A stretch of 64,000 bases of DNA from positions 15,021 through 79,020 of the forward strand of contig JAHILF010000066.1 of the NCBI GenBank assembly GCA_018897105.1. Reading direction: 5' to 3'. Position numbers and translations under genes: made by a program. The DNA comes from Pseudomonadota bacterium. Lineage in GTDB: Bacteria; Desulfobacterota; Desulfobulbia; Desulfobulbales; SURF-16. Under the pieces are notes generated by a model. It worked only from the letters and a program-made list of their open reading frames with translations. It made no database searches and was not told where the DNA came from. Shown one piece after another: positions 17,833 through 26,898 of the stretch (position 1 is the first letter of the stretch; every line of letters begins with the position of its first letter).

Positions 17833-19525
17833 GGCTATGTCATCCGCAAAAAAATACGGCCTTATGGTGCTGCTGCTTATTCTGGCCCTCTACATTGTCC
17901 CGCTCGGCGCCCGTCCCATGTTCGTGCCCGATGAAGCACGCTATGCAGAGGTGCCGAGGGAAATGATAGCAAGCGGCGACTGGGTATCCCCCCATCTCAA
18001 CGGCCTTCGCTATTTTGAAAAACCGGCTCTCGGCTATTGGGCCACTGCAGGCTCGATCATGCTATTCGGTGCAAACAATTTCGCCATCCGCCTGCCTTCT
18101 GCCCTGTCTGTGGCTCTTACCGCCTTTATCATCCTCGTCATTACCGGCAGCGAAGCAAAAAAGGATGAGACCAGCGCACCACTTGCCGCCCTTATCTTTC
18201 TCACCTCGCTGGAAGTGTACGCAGTGGGCACCTTCTGCGTCCTGGACAGCCTCCTCGCCTTTTTTCTCACCGGCACCATGGCCAGTTTCTATCTGGCCAG
18301 CATAGCCACGCCCGGTTCGCGGCAGGAAAAGAAATACCTGATGTTTTCCGGCATCTTCTGCGGTCTGGCCTTCCTGACCAAAGGATTTCTCGCCTTTGCC
18401 GTGCCGATTCTGGCCATTGTTCCTTTTCTGCTGACCCAACGCCGTTTTGCCGACATTTTCCGCATGGCCTGGCTGCCAATGCTGACCGCCTTGTTGGTGG
18501 CGCTGCCCTGGAGTGTGCTTATTCATCTGCGTGAACCGCAGTTCTGGCATTATTTTTTCTGGATCGAACATGTCCAACGCTTTCTGGCTGAAAACGCCCA
18601 GCACAAAAAAACGTTCTGGTATTTTTTCCTCAGTGCGCCGCCCATGTTTCTACCCTGGATCTTTCTTGTTCCGGCAGCGGTTACGGGTCTATTCAGCAAT
18701 ACAGTTGCAAACAGGACAGCTAAACGCGACATTTCCCCCCTCGCCAGCTTCTGCATCTGTTGGTTTATTTTCCCTTTTCTTTTTTTCTCCGTATCAAACG
18801 GTAAACTGCTGACCTACATCCTCCCCTGTTTTCCGCCCTTTGCCATTCTCCTGAGCCTTGGCCTGCACAGAGTGCTTAAACGTGGGCGCTTCCGCAGCTT
18901 TCAGCTCGGCACTATTACCGCAACCCTGCTCCACGGAGCATTGCTGGTCGCCATCATTGCCTTTTTGTCCGCCACCCACTTTTTCGGCTTCGACATCGCT
19001 CTGCCGGAAAACAGGATCTGGAAATGGCTCATGGCAGTCAACGGCCTTTTCGTGATGGTGCTGTTTTTCATCGCCGCCATCCGCAGCAGAAAAGTCAGCC
19101 AGAAAATTCTGCTTTTCGGCCTGGCGCCGGTGCTTATTCTTTTTCTTGCCAATTTTATCATGCCTGACCTGACCCTTGAATCAAAGGCCCCAGTGCTGCT
19201 GCTCAAACGCCATGAAAAAGACGTGACACCGGCGTCAATTATTTTCTCCGGCGAAAAAACCGTGCAGGCAGCATGTTGGTATTACAAGAGAAACGATATA
19301 TATATGGTGGAATCCGCCGGTGAGTTGGAATATGGATTAGAATATGATCAATCCGGTTCACGGCTTCTTAAGTTGAAAGAGGTAAGCCGGCTCATCGCCG
19401 AACACCCGGGCAGATCTGTGCTGATTGCCAGCGTGAAACATTACGAGAACTGGAAAAAATTTCTCCCGGCTCCCAGCCTGCTGGACAATAGCGGCGTAAA
19501 GGGGTATGTTTTTGTCAAATATTAA
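17822..19525 (+). CDS. arnT: Undecaprenyl phosphate-alpha-L-Ara4N transferase ArnT (GT39, paralogue 2)
   Basis: PMFVPDEARYAEVPREMIASGDWVSPHLNGLRYFEKPALGYW is the typical ArnT N-terminal loop. An alternative start is the ATG at 17837. Confidence 0.85.
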   Translation: MGIKAMSSAKKYGLMVLLLILALYIVPLGARPMFVPDEARYAEVPREMIASGDWVSPHLNGLRYFEKPALGYWATAGSIMLFGANNFAIRLPSALSVALTAFIILVITGSEAKKDETSAPLAALIFLTSLEVYAVGTFCVLDSLLAFFLTGTMASFYLASIATPGSRQEKKYLMFSGIFCGLAFLTKGFLAFAVPILAIVPFLLTQRRFADIFRMAWLPMLTALLVALPWSVLIHLREPQFWHYFFWIEHVQRFLAENAQHKKTFWYFFLSAPPMFLPWIFLVPAAVTGLFSNTVANRTAKRDISPLASFCICWFIFPFLFFSVSNGKLLTYILPCFPPFAILLSLGLHRVLKRGRFRSFQLGTITATLLHGALLVAIIAFLSATHFFGFDIALPENRIWKWLMAVNGLFVMVLFFIAAIRSRKVSQKILLFGLAPVLILFLANFIMPDLTLESKAPVLLLKRHEKDVTPASIIFSGEKTVQAACWYYKRNDIYMVESAGELEYGLEYDQSGSRLLKLKEVSRLIAEHPGRSVLIASVKHYENWKKFLPAPSLLDNSGVKGYVFVKY

Positions 19526-19652
19526 GGCAATATACCGGCTGTCTTGACTGATATTTTTCATCATGTCACTATATTCATTATTCCCAACTCCTAAAGGCAA
19601 GCCTAACCCGGCTTCCCGTAAAAATGAAAGTATTCACTTCTAGCAGGCATCA

Positions 19653-20024
19653 ATGAACAAATATCTACCACTAATCCTTGCCGGCGTTCTGCTCAATGCC
19701 CTTGCCCAGCTTGCCCTCAAACAGGGCATGCGCACCATCGGTCACTTTGCCTTTCGCCTGGAAAACGCACCCCAGATTCTCCTGGCTGTCGCCACCAGCC
19801 CCTTTGTCCTTGCGGGCCTTACCTGCTATGTGGTCAGCGTGCTGATCTGGCTGCTGGTTCTTTCCCGCGTCGAGGTCAGTTATGCATATCCCCTGCTTTC
19901 AGTCGGTTACATTGTTACCGCTCTGGCCGGCCAATTCTTTTTCAATGAAAGCCTCGGGCTTACCCGCTGGTCCGGTATTGTGGTGATCTGCCTGGGAGTC
20001 TGGTTGATTACCCGTACCGCTTAA
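19653..20024 (+). CDS. ArnE/ArnF-like small EamA/SMR-type flippase subunit
   Basis: 123 aa with 4 TM segments, NALAQLALKQG. It sits directly after arnT. Confidence 0.7.
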   Translation: MNKYLPLILAGVLLNALAQLALKQGMRTIGHFAFRLENAPQILLAVATSPFVLAGLTCYVVSVLIWLLVLSRVEVSYAYPLLSVGYIVTALAGQFFFNESLGLTRWSGIVVICLGVWLITRTA

Positions 20025-20052
20025 TCGCTGATAAAACCAGAAGGAGGCCACC

Positions 20053-20733
20053 ATGAAAATCCTCATAGTTGATGATGAGGAAGAGCTGCGGCAAAGGCTG
20101 TGCCAGGCCCTGAGCAAAGAGCAATACATGGTGGATACGGCGAAAAACGGGGAAGAGGCCCTGGATAAAATCGTGGATGATGACAGCTTTGATCTGATCA
20201 TCCTGGACATCATGATGCCGGGACGGGACGGTCTGAGCGTCTTGAAAGAGTTACGAAAAGAAAACATCAACACGCCGGTGCTCATGCTGACCGCCTTAAG
20301 TGATCTCGATGATCGCATTCGCGGACTGGACCAGGGGGCCGACGATTATCTGGCCAAGCCCTTTTCCATGTCCGAACTGCTGGCCAGGATCCGCGCCATG
20401 CTGAGACGGGGAAGGGGGAAAAATCCACTACTTACCTGTGGACCTGTCGCTCTCAATACGGTTAACCGTTCCGTTACTCTAGACGATATGCCCATAACGC
20501 TCACGGTCAAGGAATTCGCCATGCTGGAATTCCTGCTCTACAACAAGGGAAGGGTGGTTTCCCGATTCAGTCTGGCCGAGCATGTCTGGGGTGACAATTT
20601 TGATCCCTTTACCATGTCCAATTTTATCGATGTCCACATGAAAAATCTCCGCCAGAAAATCAAAAAAGGCGACAGGGATACTGTTATCCGCACCGTCCGT
20701 GGCGCCGGCTACATTATTGACGACGGTCCATGA
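20053..20733 (+). CDS. OmpR/PhoB-family response regulator (PmrA/BasR-like by context)
   Basis: REC (ILIVDDEEEL, LIILDIMMPGRDG) plus a winged helix (LTVKEFAMLEFL, IRTVRGAGY). Confidence 0.9.
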   Translation: MKILIVDDEEELRQRLCQALSKEQYMVDTAKNGEEALDKIVDDDSFDLIILDIMMPGRDGLSVLKELRKENINTPVLMLTALSDLDDRIRGLDQGADDYLAKPFSMSELLARIRAMLRRGRGKNPLLTCGPVALNTVNRSVTLDDMPITLTVKEFAMLEFLLYNKGRVVSRFSLAEHVWGDNFDPFTMSNFIDVHMKNLRQKIKKGDRDTVIRTVRGAGYIIDDGP

Positions 20734-22127
20734 AAATTCGCCAGAAAATCACCCTGTGGATTTCCATCACGACCCTTATCGCCGCTGTTTCCTTCTCATC
20801 CTTTGTCTTTCTGGAAATGATCGAGCAGCCCTATTATCTCATTGACTCGGAACTGAAACATATGGCGGCAGCCCTGCTCGGGCAATTCCAGCACAATGCC
20901 GGTCAAGCGCTGACGGTTGATGAAAAATCCCTGCCCTACCCTACGGCTAAGTACTGGATCAAACTCATGGACAGCAAGGGCGCAACCCTCTTCGCCTCTG
21001 CCATGACCGGTTACACCGACATCCCTCTTTTGCCTTTGAAAAAAACCTACAATGTGGAAAAGGTGATCCCCAGGGAAAAGATTCAGCTCGGCCAGGGTGA
21101 CAGTGACCAGGTTGCCTTCCGGGTCCGGGTGGTCTCCGCCACTCTCAACAACGCCGGCTATACCATGGTGATCGCCAAGCCCATTGAGGAACTTGAGGAG
21201 GAAATGCGCGAATTACTGCATGAACTGGGCGCCATTCTGATCACCTGTTTTATCCTTGGCGTGCTGTTCAGTTACAACCTTGCCGGCCGGATCCTGCAGC
21301 CGATCGTTACCATTAATCGGCTGGTCAGAGAAATCAATGAAAAATCGCTGGATAAGCGTATTCCGCTGGGAAAAAGCAAAGACGAACTCTACACCCTGTC
21401 CGTCTCCTTAAACCAGATGTTTGACCGCCTGCAGAACTCATTTACCCGACAGAAAGACTTTATCGCCAGCGCGTCCCACGAACTGAAAAACCCCATCGCC
21501 CTGCTGCTGCTTTCCCAGGAAGAATTGCTGCAGACGCCGGACCTGCCCGACCATGTGCGGGATGACCTGGCAAGCCAGCATAACAGTCTACAGCGCATGA
21601 ACAGACTGATCCGCAATCTTCTTGACCTGTCAGGCCTGGAGCAGCAGACCGCCTTAGCCCGGGAGCAGGTCGATTTGGCAGAACTGGCGGAACAGGTGCT
21701 GGAAGATTATCGGGAGGTGCTGGCTGCCTCACTCATTGCGCTGGAAACCGACTTTGAGGCGGAACTTTATGTCCAAGGGGATCAGGAAAAACTGCGCCGT
21801 CTGCTGATCAACCTGATTGATAACGCCATTCGCTACAACAGAAAAACCGCTGGACGTCTGCGCATTGCAGGGGAGAAAAAAATGCACGCCGTGCATCTGT
21901 CGGTGTCAAATACGGGTCCGTATGTGGTTCAGGAGGATATCAGCCGGATTTTCGAACAGTTCTACCGGGTGGAGAAATCACGATCAACCCAGTTCGGCGG
22001 ATCAGGGCTCGGTCTGGCCATTGCCAAACGGATTGTTGAACTGCATGGGGGGGAGATCTGCTTTACCAGCAGAGAGGACGGCTGGAACACGATAACCGTG
22101 AGGCTGCCGGGGAAGGAGAGCGTTTGA
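20730..22127 (+). CDS. Sensor histidine kinase (two TM segments, HAMP, HisKA, HATPase; PmrB/BasS-like by context)
   Basis: FIASASHELKNPIA (H-box), DNAIRYN, GSGLGLAIAKRIVELHGG. ATGA overlap with the response regulator. Confidence 0.9.
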   Translation: MKIRQKITLWISITTLIAAVSFSSFVFLEMIEQPYYLIDSELKHMAAALLGQFQHNAGQALTVDEKSLPYPTAKYWIKLMDSKGATLFASAMTGYTDIPLLPLKKTYNVEKVIPREKIQLGQGDSDQVAFRVRVVSATLNNAGYTMVIAKPIEELEEEMRELLHELGAILITCFILGVLFSYNLAGRILQPIVTINRLVREINEKSLDKRIPLGKSKDELYTLSVSLNQMFDRLQNSFTRQKDFIASASHELKNPIALLLLSQEELLQTPDLPDHVRDDLASQHNSLQRMNRLIRNLLDLSGLEQQTALAREQVDLAELAEQVLEDYREVLAASLIALETDFEAELYVQGDQEKLRRLLINLIDNAIRYNRKTAGRLRIAGEKKMHAVHLSVSNTGPYVVQEDISRIFEQFYRVEKSRSTQFGGSGLGLAIAKRIVELHGGEICFTSREDGWNTITVRLPGKESV

Positions 22128-22320
22128 ACGTTCCAGCGATTCAACGTTTGAACGTTTAAGCGTTTAAGCGTTTGAACGTTTAAGCGTTTAAGCGTTTGAA
22201 CGTTTAAGCGTTTAAGCGTTTGAACGTTTAAGCGTTTAAGCGTTTAAGCGTTCCAGCGTTTCCACGTTTAAGCGATTCCACGTTTAAGCGTTTAAGCGTT
22301 TGAACATTTCCACGTTTGAA
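22121..22320. repeat. Array of about 25 tandem 8-bp units CG(T/A)TT(T/C)NN (CGTTTAAG / CGTTTGAA / CGTTCCAG / CGATTCCA)
   Basis: Unit boundaries were counted base by base. The centre forms a 24-bp super-repeat (CGTTTGAA CGTTTAAG CGTTTAAG). The array lies between two convergent genes. Confidence 0.9.
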
Positions 22321-22330
22321 CGCTTGCCTG

Positions 22331-23240
22331 TTAACACCCTTCGACATCAAGCATGACCCTGTTTTTGCCCTCGCTCTTGGCCCGGTAGAGGGCCTTGTCC
22401 ACCCGGTCTATCATGCAGGCCGCGTTTTCCGGCCAGGTCAATTTTTCATCACGCCTGCAGCAGGCCAGACCGATACTGAGGGTCGTACCGGAAAAACCGG
22501 CCTGCTGGAAACTATGCAGCACCCTTTCCATGATTCTCACCGCCTGTTCTTCGCTGGTCTGGGTGAGAATCGCCGCAAACTCATCGCCCCCATAACGGAA
22601 GGTGAAATCCACATTGTGCCGGGTGCAGTCATTTAAAATCATGCCCACGGCATTGAGCACCTTATCTCCGGCAGGGTGGCCATAGGTATCATTAGTATCC
22701 CTTGAAATTATCCACATCGATCAGAGCCAGATAAACCTGAAAATCCTGGCGATGGGCGCGCTGCACCTCCTCTGCCAGTTTGATGTCAAAGGAACGCCGG
22801 TTATACAAACCGGTAAGGGAATCGCACAGGGAGAGCTTTTCGAGCTTCCTGATCATACTCCGTTCCCGTTCGGCCCGGTTCAGCTTCGCCTCCAGCTCGT
22901 CACGTTCAAAGGGTTTCTTGATGAAATCTATGGCCCCGGACCTTATGACCTCGGCATAACCGGCCTTTTCCGTATAACCGGTGGCCACGATTACATCAGT
23001 ATTCGGGTAGTTCTCCTTGATATAGGCAAGGAGTTCCAAGCCACCCATCTCAGGCATCATCACATCGGTTACGACAATGTCAATGGCATCTTCCTTGAGT
23101 TTCTCGATGGCCTCAAGTCCGTTGGCGGCAGTGAAACACTGATAGCCAAACGATTCCACCAGCAGACTCAAGGCCTCAAGCACAAGCGAATCATCATCCA
23201 CAACAAGAATTTTTACAGTATGGTTATCGGTGAGTTTCAT
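22331..23240 (-). pseudogene. REC-GGDEF diguanylate cyclase interrupted by a 1-nt frameshift
   Basis: ORF 22692-23240 ends ..LALIDVDNFKGY*. ORF 22331-22717 continues ..NDTYGHPAGDKVL..RYGGDEFA. Removing one base near 22694 restores FKGYNDTYGH. Confidence 0.8.
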
Positions 23241-23345
23241 CCCGTCGATGTGCCGGTTATATTTGTTTGCCTCTATTTGTCCTTTCCTGTTTTACTATTC
23301 TAGCACATCTCATTTCCATGAGGAATCAATTTGTTGGCAGCCATG

Positions 23346-25604
23346 TCAGGCACATTCGGAATAGCCGCAGGAATGACAGACGCAGCAGCCCCCCTCATGT
23401 TCTATCACACCGCCGCACTCAGGACAGGCGCCGAACATGGTATTCTCGGACAGCGTCTCATCCTTGCAGCCGTTATTGCGCTCCAGGTGCTGACGGATCG
23501 CCTGGGCGATTGCGTCGGCGCAGGAGACGACCTTGTTCTCGCCGAAACCGTAGGGCTTATGACAGCTGATGCCGATAAGCTGCTTGACGATAGGCTCAGG
23601 CGGCAAGCCGCTGCGCCAGGCCAGGGAGACGAGACGGCCGATGGCCTCGCACTGGCTGGCGGCACAGCCGCCGGCCTTGCCGACTGTATTGAACAGCTCA
23701 AAAAACTGCTGGTGGCTGTCCTCGTTAATAGTCACGTACATCGGACCGCAACCGGTGGTCATCTGATAGGTTGAGCCGTTCAGTCGGCGCGGCCTGTCTT
23801 TTTTCACCGGTCGGCTCACATCAGCCTGGATACTTTTCTTCTTGTCGGTCTTACCGATACTCAGCACCTGATTTTCCCGACAGCCGTCGCGGTAAATGGT
23901 CACACCTTTGCAACGCAGCTTGTAGGCGAGCATAAAGGTTTCCTTTACCTCCTCAACGGTGGCGGAATTGCTGAAATTGATGGTTTTGCTCACCGCGTTG
24001 TTGGTGCTCTTCTGAAAGGCGGCCTGGATATCGATATGGTTTTTGGGGCTGATATCATGGGCGGTCTCGAAAATACGTCGGTATTTCAGGGGAATCTCCT
24101 CAATACCCTGCACGCTGCCGCTGTAGGAAATTTTCTTGACCAGCTCAGGTGTGTAGAAGCCATTGGCTCGGGCAATCTCTTCAAAAACCGGATTCACTTC
24201 AAAAAACTCATCATTGTCCATGACACGGCGGACATAGGAAACGGCAAACAGCGGTTCAACGCCGCTGGAGCAGCCGGCAATGATGCTGATTGTTCCGGTG
24301 GGGGCAATAGTGGTCCGGGTGGCGTTTCTTATTGGCACATCAGGGTTCTTCTGGCCATAGATACTTCTGGAAAAGTTGGGAAATGAACCGCGTTTCTCGG
24401 CAATGCTCACGGATGCCTGAAAGGCGGAGGTATCGATGTATTTCATTACCTTCTCAGCCAGCTCCAGGGCCTCGGGAGATGAATAGGGAACGCCGAGCCT
24501 GAGCAGCATGTCCGAAAAGCCCATGACGCCAAGGCCGATTTTGCGGTTCTGTTTGGTTTTGTCCTCGATCTCGGGCAAGGGATAGCGGTTGACATCAACC
24601 ACGTTGTCAAGAAAGTGCACACAGCTGGCAACCGTTGCCCCGAGCTTCTGATAATCAACCTGTCCGTCAGCCACCATATTGGCAAGATTGATTGAGCCGA
24701 GATTACAGGACTCATGGGGCAGAAGAGGCTGCTCGCCACAGGGGTTGGTGCTTTCAAACAGCCCGACTTCAGGAGTGGGGTTGCCCTCATTCATCCGGTC
24801 AATAAAAACGATGCCCGGCTCACCTGAATACCAGGCCTGTTTGACGATCTGTCTGAACACCTTGACGGCACTCTGTTTTTTGACCGCTTCATTATTGCGG
24901 GGGTTGATCAGCTCGTACTCTTCATCATTTTCAACCGCTTCCATAAAGGAATCGGTAATGGCTACGGAGATATTGAAATTATTGAGCACCGACAGATCGG
25001 ATTTGACCTTGATGAAATCCATAATATCAGGATGATCGACCCGGAGGATGGCCATGTTAGCGCCCCGACGTGTGCCGCCCTGTTTGATGGTTTCCGTGGC
25101 GCAGTCAAAAACGGACATGAACGAAAGGGGACCGCTTGACACCCCGCGGGTTGAATGAACCACATCATGATGGGGTCTGATGCGGGAAAAGGAAAAGCCG
25201 GTGCCGCCGCCGCTCTTGTGGATGAGAGCTGTCTGCTTGACCGCCTCAAAAATGCTTTCCATGGTGTCTTCGACCGGCAGCACGAAGCAGGCGGAAAGCT
25301 GGCCCAAGTCGCGTCCGGCATTCATCAGGGTAGGTGAATTCGGCATGAAATCCCGGTTTGCCATCATCTCATAAAATGACAGGGCCAGGGCCTGCACATC
25401 GGCGTCCTTGTCATACATCCTGTCAGCCACGGCAATGGAGCTAGCCACCCGCCAAAGCATCTCTGCCGGGGTTTCCGTAACATTGCCCTCCACATCCTTC
25501 ATCAGATAACGTCTTTCCAGAACCGACAGGGCGTTATCGGCAAACTTCGGTTGCATAACTCCGTCGGGAATTTTCATATCGCCTAATTCCATTTTTCTCC
25601 CCAT
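23346..25604 (-). CDS. nrdJ: Class II (adenosylcobalamin-dependent) ribonucleotide reductase
   Basis: 752 aa. VLERRYL, PNSPTLMNAGR, SACFVL, NPCGEQPL, and a C-terminal Cys cluster CPECGG..CCVCHSCGYSEC. Confidence 0.9.
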   Translation of the reverse strand: MGRKMELGDMKIPDGVMQPKFADNALSVLERRYLMKDVEGNVTETPAEMLWRVASSIAVADRMYDKDADVQALALSFYEMMANRDFMPNSPTLMNAGRDLGQLSACFVLPVEDTMESIFEAVKQTALIHKSGGGTGFSFSRIRPHHDVVHSTRGVSSGPLSFMSVFDCATETIKQGGTRRGANMAILRVDHPDIMDFIKVKSDLSVLNNFNISVAITDSFMEAVENDEEYELINPRNNEAVKKQSAVKVFRQIVKQAWYSGEPGIVFIDRMNEGNPTPEVGLFESTNPCGEQPLLPHESCNLGSINLANMVADGQVDYQKLGATVASCVHFLDNVVDVNRYPLPEIEDKTKQNRKIGLGVMGFSDMLLRLGVPYSSPEALELAEKVMKYIDTSAFQASVSIAEKRGSFPNFSRSIYGQKNPDVPIRNATRTTIAPTGTISIIAGCSSGVEPLFAVSYVRRVMDNDEFFEVNPVFEEIARANGFYTPELVKKISYSGSVQGIEEIPLKYRRIFETAHDISPKNHIDIQAAFQKSTNNAVSKTINFSNSATVEEVKETFMLAYKLRCKGVTIYRDGCRENQVLSIGKTDKKKSIQADVSRPVKKDRPRRLNGSTYQMTTGCGPMYVTINEDSHQQFFELFNTVGKAGGCAASQCEAIGRLVSLAWRSGLPPEPIVKQLIGISCHKPYGFGENKVVSCADAIAQAIRQHLERNNGCKDETLSENTMFGACPECGGVIEHEGGCCVCHSCGYSECA

Positions 25605-25701
25605 TCCTATTCTCCTGTTCTTCAGCTTATCAATGGTCCAAAGCGCTTGAACCTCGCCATTTATTTTTCAAAAAAGTGCCCGCAGGCAAAAAAGACCGAA
25701 C

Positions 25702-25749
25702 ACACAAAATGTTGTATGGTGCAAACGATGAAAGCACAAGATAAGGCGA
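25702..25749. promoter_or_regulatory. Two candidate NrdR boxes upstream of nrdJ
   Basis: ACACAAAATGTTGTAT (25702-25717, 12/16 self-complementary) and GCACAAGATAAGGCGA (25734-25749). Centre-to-centre distance is 32 bp. Both partly match acaCwAnATnTwGtgt. Confidence 0.35.
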
Positions 25750-25947
25750 AAGTCAAAGCTTTTCACTTCAAAAAAAAGCTCTATTCAGGACTTTTTTTTA
25801 AAACAATCTTAAATCAACAAGATAGGCAAAAATATTTTTTCTGGAAAAAAATCAGCCAAAAGGAACACCAGAGATAAGCCGCATCAGTCGGCTAAGCTGT
25901 TGTAAAAAACTAACTGTAACATCAATGCAACTTAAGGCAGAGTTGCA

Positions 25948-26063
25948 GAGGGGACTGATTTTATTTTTCCTTTTCCAAAGCCGGGGACAGAATGATTTTC
26001 GCTAAAACAGCGAAAAAAATTCAGTCCCCTCGGTCTGGAGGAAAAATTAAATCTGTCTCCCGG
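25948..26063. repeat. Four copies (+ + - -) of a ~22-bp unit GGGGAC(T/A)GA-(A/T-rich) forming a nested palindrome
   Basis: GAGGGGACTGATTTTATTTTTCC (25948), CCGGGGACAGAATGATTTTCGC (25981), then the reverse-orientation copies at 26010-26031 and 26037-26063. Confidence 0.7.
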
Positions 26064-26116
26064 ACATACCGAGAACGGCACAAGGGGCCGCGAAATGGTC
26101 ATGTCGCAACAACCTG

Positions 26117-26773
26117 CTAAGTGCTGGGCAGGATATAGCCCTTGTGGATGGCGTATTTAATCAAGTCAGCGGTATTACTGATATTAAGTTTTTTCAGCAG
26201 ATTGGCCCGATGGTGCTCCACCGTTCTGGTGCTGATCGACAGCAGTTCGGCGATATCCCTGCTCGTTCTGCCCTCGGCGACCATCTTCAATACCTGCCGC
26301 TCCCTTGGGGTCAATGGTTCGGGCGGGAAATTCTTGGTCTTGATACAGAGATCGACGTCAGAACTGGAGAACTCCTTGGACAGAACGGGAGAGATAAAGA
26401 CATTGCCCTTGAGCACCTGATTAATGGCAGTCAGCAGTTCCGTATCAGAGTCCTCTTTTAAAACATAGCCGTCCGCCCCGGCCGACATGGCGTGGCAGAG
26501 ATACTGTTTACTTTTATGCATGGTGAGAATCAGAATCTTGACATCCGGGCAGATCTTCTTGGCCTCACCGATGGCCTCGATGCCACGCAGGTTGGGCATA
26601 GATATGTCGAGAAGGACAATATCAGGGGTCACTTCTTTCATCATGTTCAAAAGTTCCAGGCCATCTCCGACCTGGCCGATAACTTCAAGCGTCGGCTCTG
26701 ATTCAATGATCTTCTTAATGCCATGACGAATTAAAACATGATCGTCAGCGAGTAAAACCTGATACACTTTCAT
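26117..26773 (-). CDS. NarL/LuxR-family response regulator
   Basis: REC (VLLADDHVLIRHG, VLLDISMPNLRG) plus a LuxR HTH (LTPRERQVLKMVAEGRTSRDIAELLSISTRTVEHHR). Confidence 0.92.
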   Translation of the reverse strand: MKVYQVLLADDHVLIRHGIKKIIESEPTLEVIGQVGDGLELLNMMKEVTPDIVLLDISMPNLRGIEAIGEAKKICPDVKILILTMHKSKQYLCHAMSAGADGYVLKEDSDTELLTAINQVLKGNVFISPVLSKEFSSSDVDLCIKTKNFPPEPLTPRERQVLKMVAEGRTSRDIAELLSISTRTVEHHRANLLKKLNISNTADLIKYAIHKGYILPST

Positions 26774-26898
26774 AGCGATTCCCTACCCATCCGAAAAGGC
26801 GGTATTTAGCAATAAGTCCACTGTGAAGAAGAGCATGGGACTGAAACGGCAATGACAGCGCCGTAGACCATGAGGCTGACTGCAGGCAAAGCATCCGG

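Noticed and set aside
22121-22320. The tandem array as a CRISPR locus or as a coding repeat.
   Set aside because: The units are only 8 bp and directly abut, with no spacers. No cas genes are nearby. A period of 8 is not a multiple of 3, and the plus-strand frames contain stops.
25605-26116. A cobalamin riboswitch in the long leader of nrdJ.
   Set aside because: I could not find a B12-box-like core on the minus strand. In addition, B12 riboswitches normally repress B12-independent isozymes or uptake genes, not a B12-dependent reductase.
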